From Clostridia bacterium (lineage in GTDB: Bacteria > Bacillota > Clostridia > Oscillospirales > Acutalibacteraceae), in contig JAFQCT010000020.1 of NCBI GenBank assembly GCA_017399405.1, positions 22,492-86,491 of the forward strand: a stretch of 64,000 nucleotides of DNA, written 5' to 3'. Shown piece by piece: positions 1-7,910 of the stretch. Below the pieces are notes generated by a model that searched no databases, was not told where the DNA came from, and was given only the letters and a program-made list of their open reading frames with translations. How positions within the stretch are numbered: the first letter of the stretch is position 1; every line of letters begins with the position of its first letter. The translations under genes and the position numbers were made by a program.

Positions 1-1671
1 GAAGAACAATTCAAAGATGTGTTTTTTGAAAATTCCTTGTCGTCAAAAATCTATTTTACATTTTTTGAAGGTGAGAATACATTTTTAGATAAAACAGGCG
101 ATATAAATAACTTTTATAAAGGATTGGGTGAAATCAAAAATTGGTTTACAGATATTATTGATACATATATCCCCGGCGAAAGCGGAGCAATAGCTAAGGC
201 TATGACAATCGGCGATAAATCCGAAATTCCAGACACTACAATTGATTGCTTTAATTATGCAGGCACTTCTCATTTGCTTGTTATATCAGGACTTCACCTT
301 ACCTTGTGGTCAATGGGAATAATGAGGTTTATTGAGAAATCTTCTAAACTTCGTAAATATACAGTAATCATCGGTCTTGCGTGCTTGTTGGGGTATTCTG
401 CACTTACAGGTTTCAGCGTGTCAGTTATCCGTGCAGGTGCTATGATTGGTGCAGTGTTAGTAGGCAAAGCCTTGCACCGTGACGCAGATAGCATTAACTC
501 AATAGGGTTGGCATTGGCTTTTATTCTTACAATAAATCCTTACGCAACCTTGTCTTCGGCGTTGTGGTTTACAACTCTTTCAACACTTGGGATACTCACA
601 CTTGCCAACAATGTAATATTCAAGTTGATAATAAATCCTAAATATGAAAAAGTTATGCAGAATTCAATCCTTTATTTTCTTGTAACAACTGCCATAATAA
701 GTATTTCAACAACAATTTTTACACTACCTGTTTTTGTGACAAAAGTTGGTATTCTGCCAATAGGGTCTTTTATATCAAATATTGTGATGATTGATTCGGC
801 ACTTGCCTTGATGGTGCTTACCGTTATGGGTGCAATTTTGCACTCAACAGGACTAAAATTTATAGCAGAAATATTCTTTATTGTAACGGGGACAATCAGT
901 AGTTTTCTTAAAACTTTTGCAGAGAAAATCGGCCTTGCAGAATGGTCAACCTTATCGGTAACTCATAGGTATTACATTTATTTTGTAATTTTTGTACTTG
1001 TTAGCATTTTAATAGCATTAGCATTCAAAAAATACAGAAAAAGATTATTGAAAACTGTATCCGTAGTCTTGTCAATTGTGTTTATTCTGTTGGCAACTTA
1101 TTGCACAACTTACGATTACAACACACCATCAGTTGATGTTATTTGCAGAGATTCATCACCTGTGCTGATAGTTAACTCAAAAGGGGAAAGTTTGGTAATA
1201 AATCCGCCTACAACCATATATGAAACTGATGTAATAAAAGTGCTTAATTCTCATAATGAGAAAACTGTTGACAATGTACTTATCACAGAAAAAACCGAGT
1301 TTACACCGTCATACCTTATGGATTTGTACGGTGCGATTAGTGTTGAAAATACATATTTCTGCTATGACTCTCCACAGATTTTTGAAAATCGTTCAATCAG
1401 TAAAGTGAAAACGCTTACAATAGGCGGGAATGTAAAAATCAACGCAGAAAACTATAAATCATACATTGAAATTTTTGCAAATGAGAAAAAACTTATTTTG
1501 ATTGATAGTCAAAATGCAGAAAATCTCTTTGAAAAAATCAAAGACTATGATATAATCATTCTATATGGTAAAAATGCATTTGAAATCAAAGAATGCATTG
1601 AATTAGAAAATCTTGACGCAAGAATTGTTGTGTCAGCAGATGGCGAAAAATATTCATTTTATTTTGAATGA
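1..1671 (+). CDS. comEC: ComEC/Rec2 family competence membrane protein, 5'-truncated by the window edge
   Basis: The frame is open from nt 1; the track start at 19 is GTG. It is a multi-pass membrane protein with the competence-domain signature AGTSHLLVISGLHL. holA follows, as in many Firmicutes. The C-terminal ~170 aa look like a metallo-beta-lactamase fold without the His ligands. Confidence 0.8.
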   Translation, partial: EEQFKDVFFENSLSSKIYFTFFEGENTFLDKTGDINNFYKGLGEIKNWFTDIIDTYIPGESGAIAKAMTIGDKSEIPDTTIDCFNYAGTSHLLVISGLHLTLWSMGIMRFIEKSSKLRKYTVIIGLACLLGYSALTGFSVSVIRAGAMIGAVLVGKALHRDADSINSIGLALAFILTINPYATLSSALWFTTLSTLGILTLANNVIFKLIINPKYEKVMQNSILYFLVTTAIISISTTIFTLPVFVTKVGILPIGSFISNIVMIDSALALMVLTVMGAILHSTGLKFIAEIFFIVTGTISSFLKTFAEKIGLAEWSTLSVTHRYYIYFVIFVLVSILIALAFKKYRKRLLKTVSVVLSIVFILLATYCTTYDYNTPSVDVICRDSSPVLIVNSKGESLVINPPTTIYETDVIKVLNSHNEKTVDNVLITEKTEFTPSYLMDLYGAISVENTYFCYDSPQIFENRSISKVKTLTIGGNVKINAENYKSYIEIFANEKKLILIDSQNAENLFEKIKDYDIIILYGKNAFEIKECIELENLDARIVVSADGEKYSFYFE

Positions 1672-1684
1672 CAGGAAGAAACTT

Positions 1685-2725
1685 ATGGCATTGATTTATG
1701 AAGCCGACCTTAAAAGGCAAATAAGAGAAAAGAATATGTCAAACTGTTATCTTTTCTACGGTAGTGAAGATTATCTTAAGCAGTTTTATACTAATAAAAT
1801 CTGCACAAAATTTGTAACTCCCGGTAGTGAAACATTCAGTTTGCGTAAATATGACGGTAAAGAAAACACTCTCGACGAAGTTTTTGAGGGTGCTGAGTCT
1901 ATGCCATTTATGAGTGAATACTGTGTTGTTGTGGCTCATGATTTTTCTCTTGATACCCTTACAAATGACCAGAAAGAACAACTTGTAGCGTTTCTTCAGA
2001 ATATTCCTGACACATCAATTACAATCTTCTGGATGGATGGTATTGAAGCTTCACCTAAAAACTCAAAATGGAAATGGGTAATTGATAATTTCACAAAATA
2101 TGCAACTGCAGTAAATTTTGCAAAGGCAGAGGGTAGGGAACTTCGCAAAATCCTTTGTGCCTATGCGTCAAAAAATGGTTGCACAATGAATGATAGCACT
2201 GCATCATATTTAGTGGAACTTTCAGGCGATAGTCTTAATGTGCTTTTCAATGAAATTCAAAAAGCCTGTAACTTTGCAGGACAAGGGCAGGAGATTACCC
2301 GCGAGCATATTGATAGCGTAGCGGTGCGAAGCCTTGAAGCAAAAGTTTTTGACCTGTCAAAACTTATACTTAACCATAACGCACAAGGGGCACTTGAACT
2401 TTTGCACACTCTTATGTTGCAAAAAGCCGAGCCTATTGATATTTTTGGTGTAATACTTACAGCGTTTGTTGATATTTATAGGGTAAAAACATCTGTAACC
2501 GCAGGTGAAACTGTTATGTATCCTGCAAAAATTTTTGATTATAAAAACAAGGATTTCAGACTTACAAACAGTAATCGTTTTGCTAAAAATCTTACTGATG
2601 AGCAAATTCGTGAATGTTTTGACTGTTTTGCAGAAGCTGATAAAGCACTTAAAAGTTCCGCACAGTCAGGTGAGTTGATTCTTGAAAAACTTATAGTGCG
2701 TATTTCACTTATAATAGCAAGGTAA
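1685..2725 (+). CDS. holA: DNA polymerase III delta subunit
   Basis: ATG at 1685 is preceded by AGGAAG. The N-terminus ...CYLFYGSEDYLKQ is typical of HolA, and the gene sits directly after comEC. The track ORF start at 1613 overlaps the comEC 3' end and is less likely. Confidence 0.8.
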   Translation: MALIYEADLKRQIREKNMSNCYLFYGSEDYLKQFYTNKICTKFVTPGSETFSLRKYDGKENTLDEVFEGAESMPFMSEYCVVVAHDFSLDTLTNDQKEQLVAFLQNIPDTSITIFWMDGIEASPKNSKWKWVIDNFTKYATAVNFAKAEGRELRKILCAYASKNGCTMNDSTASYLVELSGDSLNVLFNEIQKACNFAGQGQEITREHIDSVAVRSLEAKVFDLSKLILNHNAQGALELLHTLMLQKAEPIDIFGVILTAFVDIYRVKTSVTAGETVMYPAKIFDYKNKDFRLTNSNRFAKNLTDEQIRECFDCFAEADKALKSSAQSGELILEKLIVRISLIIAR

Positions 2726-2731
2726 TTTAAT

Positions 2732-3328
2732 ATGATTAAAATTAAAGAAGCAGTTATAGTTGAGGGTAAATACGATAAAATAAAACTGTCGGCAATCATT
2801 GATACGGTAATCATTGAAACTGACGGTTTTGCTGTGTTCAAAGATAAAGAAAAACAAAAACTTATTCGTTTTCTTGCTGAAAAGCGTGGAATTATAATAA
2901 TGACCGATTCTGATTCTGCAGGTTTCAAAATCCGTAATTTCATAAATGGTATTACAAAAAGTGAAAATATTAAAAATGTTTATATTCCCGATGTTTACGG
3001 TAAAGAAAAACGCAAAACCGAAATGTCAAAAGAGGGCAAATTGGGCGTTGAGGGTATGAAACCCGAAATCATTATGTCAGCACTTAAAAAAGCAGGTGTT
3101 TTATGTGACGAAAATGAAAAAACAGAGTGTCACAAGATTACCCACACCGATTTTTTTGAAGATGGCATTGCAGGTGGAGAAAATAGTAGTGAAATTCGTA
3201 AAGCGTTAGCAAAACAATTGGATTTACCCGAAAGAATAAGTTCATCTGCATTGCTTAAAATAATCAATGTTTATATGACATATGATGAATATAAAGAAGC
3301 AGTAAAGACTGTAAAAAATAAATTGTAA
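2732..3328 (+). CDS. Toprim-domain protein, RNase M5-like
   Basis: Toprim signatures are present: VEGKYD (catalytic Glu) and IIMTDSDSAG (DxD). The size is ~200 aa. Confidence 0.65.
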   Translation: MIKIKEAVIVEGKYDKIKLSAIIDTVIIETDGFAVFKDKEKQKLIRFLAEKRGIIIMTDSDSAGFKIRNFINGITKSENIKNVYIPDVYGKEKRKTEMSKEGKLGVEGMKPEIIMSALKKAGVLCDENEKTECHKITHTDFFEDGIAGGENSSEIRKALAKQLDLPERISSSALLKIINVYMTYDEYKEAVKTVKNKL

Positions 3329-3365
3329 TAATTTATGTATAATGTGTAAATTTTAATTAATTTCT

Positions 3366-3393
3366 TTGAATTTTTGAATTTGTATGGTATAAT
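3366..3393 (+). promoter_or_regulatory. Candidate sigma-A promoter (TTGAAT, 16-nt spacer, TATAAT with upstream TG)
   Basis: TTGAAT lies at 3366-3371 and TGGTATAAT ends at 3393, about 45 nt upstream of the ATG at 3437. Confidence 0.45.
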
Positions 3394-3436
3394 GAATTAA
3401 ATATGTTTATCAAAATTAAAGATTGAGGTAAATAAA

Positions 3437-5206
3437 ATGAGTCATCAAAGCCGATTTCCAATAAATGAACCATTTTACGAGGTTCGCCAGATTAAAGATT
3501 TTAAGGATTTAATCGACCAGAGTGAAAAACTTTTTTCAGAGCGTCCTGCATATAAACTTAAGAATAAAGACGGTGTTTATTATGAGGTAACTTATAAGAA
3601 TTTCCGTCACGCTATCTATTATCTTGCAAATAGTCTTATTACAGATGGTTATTCAAGACAACATATTGCAGTTGTTGGTGCAAACTCATATAAATGGGCA
3701 GTAACATACCTTGCTGTTACTTGTAGTAATAATGTTATTGTGCCCGTTGATAAAGAGCTTACAATTGATAATATTATTGATGTTCTTAAAGACTCAGACT
3801 CAACAATGATTTTTGGCGATAAGAAATATATCAAAGCCTTGGTTGAAAGAAAAGATGAACTTCCTGAAGGCTTTAAGTTCGTATGTTTTGATGAAGTGGA
3901 AATCGACGGTGCAACTGATTACGAAGAATATGTTGATATTGGTCGCAAACTTTATAGAAGTGGCAAAAAACTTCTTAATGATATTATAATCGACCCTGAC
4001 GCTATGACAGCACTACTTTTTACATCAGGTACAACAGGTGTTTCAAAAGGTGTTTGTTTAAGTCAAAAGAATATCTGTGCAGTTGTTCTTGGTGCGGCAG
4101 GTTGCATTAAGGTTACTGAAGAAGACCAACTTCTTTCAATATTGCCAATCCACCACACTTACGAATGCACAATCGGTTTCCTTTACATTATTTATTGTGG
4201 TGCTTGTATTGCATTTTGTGACGGTCTTCGTTATATTACAAAGAATTTTAAGGAAGTAAAGCCTACTGCATTTATTACTGTTCCGCTTCTTATTGAAAAA
4301 GTTCACGGAAAAATTATGAAGAAGATGGAAGAAAAAACTGCAGGTAAACTTATCTTCAAAGTTGGTAAATACGCCTCAATTTTCAGTAAAGCAATTGGCA
4401 TTAAAGACCTTGACCGTAAACTTTTTGCAGAAGTTATTGAAACATTTGGCGGCAGACTCCGTCTTATTGTAACTGGTGCTGCAGCCCTTGACCCTCGTGT
4501 TGCAGAAGATATTATGCATATGGGTATTGACCTTTATATCGGTTATGGCCTTACAGAATGTGCACCACTTGTTATGTGTAATAATGACCGTCTTATGCTT
4601 CCTGACTCAATTGGTACACCAATCCCAAGTGTTGAGGCATTTATTCACGACCCTGACGATTTAGGTGTTGGCGAAATCTGGGTGCGTGGTCCAATGGTTA
4701 TGAAAGGCTATTACAAAAATCCTGAAGCAACTGCACAAGTTATTACAGAAGATGGTTGGTTTAGAACAGGTGACCTTGGTACATGCGACCGTCATAACTG
4801 TTATAAAATTACAGGCAGAAGTAAAAATGTTATCGTTACAAAAAACGGTAAAAATATCTTCCCTGAAGAAGTTGAGCATTATCTCAATACAAATCCCGTT
4901 ATTGAAGAAAGTCTTGTTTTTGGTGATGATATTGATGATGAAACTTATGTAAGTGCATCAATTTACCCTAACTATGAGCAGATTAAGAATAACTTAAAGC
5001 GTCAGGATATTACAAAAGAAGATGTTCAAAAATCTGTTGAAGAAGCAGTTAAGGATGTAAACAAAAAACTTCCCAAATACAAGAAAATCAGAAATATTGA
5101 AATCCGTGACGAAGAGTTTGAAAAGACTACAACAAAGAAAATCAAGCGTCACGCAAATATGAAGAAAAAGAATAATACAGAAACAGAAGAAAAAACAGAG
5201 GAATAA
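3437..5206 (+). CDS. AMP-dependent synthetase/ligase (long-chain fatty acid-CoA ligase-like)
   Basis: Adenylate-forming enzyme core motifs are present: LFTSGTTGVSKGV, GYGLTE, FRTGDLG and GRSKNVIVTKNGKNI. Confidence 0.85.
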   Translation: MSHQSRFPINEPFYEVRQIKDFKDLIDQSEKLFSERPAYKLKNKDGVYYEVTYKNFRHAIYYLANSLITDGYSRQHIAVVGANSYKWAVTYLAVTCSNNVIVPVDKELTIDNIIDVLKDSDSTMIFGDKKYIKALVERKDELPEGFKFVCFDEVEIDGATDYEEYVDIGRKLYRSGKKLLNDIIIDPDAMTALLFTSGTTGVSKGVCLSQKNICAVVLGAAGCIKVTEEDQLLSILPIHHTYECTIGFLYIIYCGACIAFCDGLRYITKNFKEVKPTAFITVPLLIEKVHGKIMKKMEEKTAGKLIFKVGKYASIFSKAIGIKDLDRKLFAEVIETFGGRLRLIVTGAAALDPRVAEDIMHMGIDLYIGYGLTECAPLVMCNNDRLMLPDSIGTPIPSVEAFIHDPDDLGVGEIWVRGPMVMKGYYKNPEATAQVITEDGWFRTGDLGTCDRHNCYKITGRSKNVIVTKNGKNIFPEEVEHYLNTNPVIEESLVFGDDIDDETYVSASIYPNYEQIKNNLKRQDITKEDVQKSVEEAVKDVNKKLPKYKKIRNIEIRDEEFEKTTTKKIKRHANMKKKNNTETEEKTEE

Positions 5207-5210
5207 TACA

Positions 5211-5801
5211 ATGATTTTAGGTTACGGTAATACCGAAGAATTTTCTAACGGTACAAAAGTGTTAGCCCTTATGGCGTCGCCAAGAAAAACCGGATATACA
5301 GCAAAACTTTTGGGAACACTTCTTCGTGAATTTCCAAAAGGTACAAATATTGAAATTGTAAATCTTTATGAGTTAAATCCAACCCCTTGTAACGCTTGCG
5401 GTTACTGTAAAGCAGGTAACGGATGCTCTAAAAAAGATTTAGAAGATTTCTTCAAAAAGTTTGAAACAGCTGATGTAATTGTGTTTGCAACGCCAATATA
5501 TTTTATGGGTGTTCCTGCTCCCTTCAAAGCACTTATTGACCGTTTTCAGCGTTATTACGAGGCTCGTTTTCGTCGTAATATGAAACACCCAATTGAAAAG
5601 CCACGCAAAGCAGTACTTATTGTTACAAGTGGTAGCGATGGTGAAGTTGGTTTTGAAGTTATTAAACATCAGCTTTTACAAGCGTTCACAGTACTTAACA
5701 TTGAACTTAAAGGCTCAATGCTTGCTCGTAATACAGATAAATGCGGTGTTGACAAAACAGATGTTGACAGAGCCGCAGCATTATATAGGAGTGTTAGATA
5801 A
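5211..5801 (+). CDS. Iron-sulfur flavoprotein / NADPH-dependent FMN reductase family
   Basis: The N-terminus is flavodoxin-like (KVLALMASPRK.GYT). It carries the compact Cys motif CNACGYCKAGNGC (CX2CX2CX5C) typical of the Isf family. Confidence 0.7.
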   Translation: MILGYGNTEEFSNGTKVLALMASPRKTGYTAKLLGTLLREFPKGTNIEIVNLYELNPTPCNACGYCKAGNGCSKKDLEDFFKKFETADVIVFATPIYFMGVPAPFKALIDRFQRYYEARFRRNMKHPIEKPRKAVLIVTSGSDGEVGFEVIKHQLLQAFTVLNIELKGSMLARNTDKCGVDKTDVDRAAALYRSVR

Positions 5802-6112
5802 TGGCAGTAATTAAAGTTAATCTTGATAATTTTGCAGAAGAAGTTTTGCGTTCAGAAAAGCCTGTGCTTCTTGATATGTATGCTGATTGGTGTGGACCAT
5901 GTATGATGATGGCACCTGAACTTGAGGCATTTGCAGAAGAAACCGATAAAGTAAAGGTTTGCAAACTCAATGTTGATGAGGCAACCGATTTAGCACTTAC
6001 ATTTGGTGTTATGAGTATTCCAACAGTACTTCTTTTCAAAAACGGACAAGAAGAAAAACGCTTTGTTGGTGCAAAAGAAAAGCACCAAATCGCAGAATTT
6101 GTAGAAGAATAA
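5801..6112 (+). CDS. trxA: Thioredoxin
   Basis: 103 aa with the WCGPC active site. Its start overlaps the previous stop (ATAATG). Confidence 0.93.
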   Translation: MAVIKVNLDNFAEEVLRSEKPVLLDMYADWCGPCMMMAPELEAFAEETDKVKVCKLNVDEATDLALTFGVMSIPTVLLFKNGQEEKRFVGAKEKHQIAEFVEE

Positions 6113-6116
6113 GAAA

Positions 6117-6146
6117 AAGGACTGATTTTTCAATCAGTCCTTTTTT
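6117..6146 (+). terminator. Rho-independent terminator after trxA
   Basis: Stem AAGGACTGATT / AATCAGTCCTT followed by a T-run. Confidence 0.8.
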
Positions 6147-6156
6147 GTTAGTTAAA

Positions 6157-6323
6157 ACAATTCAACAAATTTGAGTTTGTCGGGGTGTTCGCGTAGTGGC
6201 AGGCTTCCACGCCTGCGTTGTAGGGGCGATTCGTGAATCGCCCTACAACAATTGCAACGCAGTTCCGATTTTATTCTTTATTCACTATTCTTTATTCTTT
6301 AACATCCCGACAAACTCCAATTT
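6157..6323. repeat. MITE-like modular repeat, copy A (TIR + cassettes m1, m2, m3)
   Basis: The ends GAGTTTGTCGGG (6163-6174) and CCCGACAAACTC (6306-6317) are perfect 12-bp inverted repeats, and they extend imperfectly into AAATT flanks. The interior holds the hairpin GCAGGCTTCCACGCCTGC, the hairpin GTAGGGGCGATTC-GTG-AATCGCCCTAC and an AT-rich TTCTTTATT tract. Related copies lie at 46978, 51880, 58042, 31681 and 59776. Confidence 0.8.
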
Positions 6324-6329
6324 ATCTAA

Positions 6330-6980
6330 CTAACTTATCAATTTCTCTCTCATTTGTGAAAGTATTATTTTCTCGCGTCGTGATACCTGAACCTGTGAAA
6401 TGCCAAGTATTTGTGCGGTTTTTGATTGGGTGAGTTCATCATAAAAACGCAGTTTTATTAAAGCACGGTCATTTTCGGGCAACTCCTCAATAATTTTAGT
6501 GATTGCAAGACGGTCATCAATAGGCGAATATTCGTCAGCTCCCGCTATTTCAATCTGTTTTTCGCTGTCATCATCACTTGTAAGGGACATAACAGGTTGC
6601 ATAATACAGAAAAGTTGTGCAGTTTCTTCAATGCTCATATTCATTTTTTCGGCTAATTCTGAAACGGTTGGCTCAACACCGTTTTCATATTTCAACTGTT
6701 CTGCAACCGATAAAAGCACTCGCCCTTTTTCTTTTAGTGAACGACTTACTTTTATTGTGCCTCCGTCACGGAATAACCGTCTTATTTCACCCAAGACCGA
6801 TGGCACAGCATAGGTAGAAAAAGCAAATCCAAGACTTTCATCAAAACGGTCAACTGCTTTAATAAGTCCAATGCAACCTGCAGAATATAAGTCCTCATAA
6901 TCAATACCCTTGCCAATAAATCGTGATGCACAACTGCCCACAAGACCAAGGTTATTAAGTATTATTTCATCTCTTGTCAT
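6330..6980 (-). CDS. sigF: Sporulation sigma factor SigF
   Basis: Sigma-70 regions 2-4 are present (GLIKAVDRFD, FSTYAVP.I.GEI.R, ISQVQVSR). It is the third gene after spoIIAA-spoIIAB. The ATG at 6980 overlaps the spoIIAB stop (ATGA), so it is preferred over the track start at 7007. Confidence 0.9.
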   Translation of the reverse strand: MTRDEIILNNLGLVGSCASRFIGKGIDYEDLYSAGCIGLIKAVDRFDESLGFAFSTYAVPSVLGEIRRLFRDGGTIKVSRSLKEKGRVLLSVAEQLKYENGVEPTVSELAEKMNMSIEETAQLFCIMQPVMSLTSDDDSEKQIEIAGADEYSPIDDRLAITKIIEELPENDRALIKLRFYDELTQSKTAQILGISQVQVSRREKIILSQMREKLIS

Positions 6981-7408
6981 TTTGTGCGACCATGAATTTT
7001 CTTGCAAAGGGTAACGGTAGTGCCAACACCTATTTTTGAACGGACTAAAAGCTTGTCCGTAAAACTTTCCATAACTGAAAATCCAAGTCCCGCACGGTCA
7101 CCACCAAGAGTGGTAAAAAGTGGTTCGCGGGCTTTTTTTATGTCACTTATTCCGCAACCCTTATCACGAATTGTGATAATAACCCGATTGTCGTTGTGGA
7201 TTTTTACTGTTATGTAGATTTTGCCTACCTCGTTTTTATACCCGTGCACAATACAGTTTGTAACTGCCTCGCTTACAGCGGTTTTAATATCGTTGATTTC
7301 TTCTAAAGTAGGGTCAAGTTGAGCCGCAAAAGCCGCAACGGTAGCCCTACTGAAACTCTCATTTACTGAACGACTGTCAACAGTCATTCTAAACTCATTT
7401 ATAATCAT
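6977..7408 (-). CDS. spoIIAB: Anti-sigma F factor (serine protein kinase)
   Basis: HATPase motifs are present: EAVTNCIVHGY, DKGCGI and GLGFSVM. The size is 143 aa and the operon context fits. Confidence 0.9.
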   Translation of the reverse strand: MIINEFRMTVDSRSVNESFSRATVAAFAAQLDPTLEEINDIKTAVSEAVTNCIVHGYKNEVGKIYITVKIHNDNRVIITIRDKGCGISDIKKAREPLFTTLGGDRAGLGFSVMESFTDKLLVRSKIGVGTTVTLCKKIHGRTK

Positions 7409-7728
7409 TACTTTTTCACTCCTTTTGTGATTGTGGCAATTCTGTCAAGCCCTGCAAGACGCATAACTTTGTATGCATTATTTGAAAGTCCCGTAACCTC
7501 AAGTGTTCCGTTAAATTCTGATAACAACTTGTATCTGCCCATAACAAGACCAATGCCTGAACTATCCATAAAAGTTACATCAGTAAAATCAAGAATAGTA
7601 TTTTTAGGGCGACAGTTTTCAATTTTGTCGTCAACTTCTAAACGGATAGGCAGTGCTGTGTGGTGGTCGATTTCACCACTTAAACGACAGTAAAGGATTT
7701 CACCGTCAAAATCTGTTTTAACGCTCAT
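7408..7728 (-). CDS. spoIIAA: Anti-sigma F factor antagonist (STAS domain)
   Basis: 106 aa STAS protein with the phosphorylatable-Ser motif FMDSSGIG. Its stop overlaps the spoIIAB start by one nt (7408). Confidence 0.9.
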   Translation of the reverse strand: MSVKTDFDGEILYCRLSGEIDHHTALPIRLEVDDKIENCRPKNTILDFTDVTFMDSSGIGLVMGRYKLLSEFNGTLEVTGLSNNAYKVMRLAGLDRIATITKGVKK

Positions 7729-7839
7729 ATATTTTTCTCTCCTTTTTGCTTTATTCTAACTCGCAGAAACTAAAAAATTTGTCATAATGTTGCATTCATC
7801 ATATTTTGTTATTTTATTAACAATTTTTGCGTTATATTC

Positions 7840-7868
7840 TTGACATAAACTGCTAATTTTTATATACT
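7840..7868 (+). promoter_or_regulatory. Candidate sigma-A promoter (TTGACA, 17-nt spacer, TATACT)
   Basis: TTGACA at 7840-7845 and TATACT at 7863-7868, upstream of the ATG at 7911. Confidence 0.55.
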
Positions 7869-7910
7869 TATTATGTATGAAAAATCTTAAATGAAAGAGG
7901 ATGTTTTTTA

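Noticed and set aside
1613-1684. Upstream extensions of holA (1613) and of the radical SAM gene (10512).
   Set aside because: Downstream ATGs (1685 and 10569) have proper SD sequences and give family-typical N-termini. The extensions overlap the preceding gene or a terminator.
2539-2943. Long antisense or alternative-frame ORFs lie inside well-supported genes: 2539-2943, 8887-9423, 16390-16794, 19463-19846, 21771-22103, 25241-25576, 28605-29018, 34422-34979 and 37926-38273.
   Set aside because: They are shadow ORFs within genes that have clear family signatures. None has an independent RBS or a recognisable motif.
6233-6433. Track ORFs lie inside or across repeat copies: 6233-6433, 46847-47116, 51742-52140 and 51902-52162.
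   Set aside because: They are composed of repeat-cassette sequence and overlap real genes or terminators. They show low-complexity translations and no RBS.
7729-7870. A sigma-H promoter and Spo0A boxes upstream of spoIIAA.
   Set aside because: Only a GAAT-containing -10-like element and a 5-of-7 match to a 0A box (TGACAAA) are visible by eye. That is too weak to annotate.
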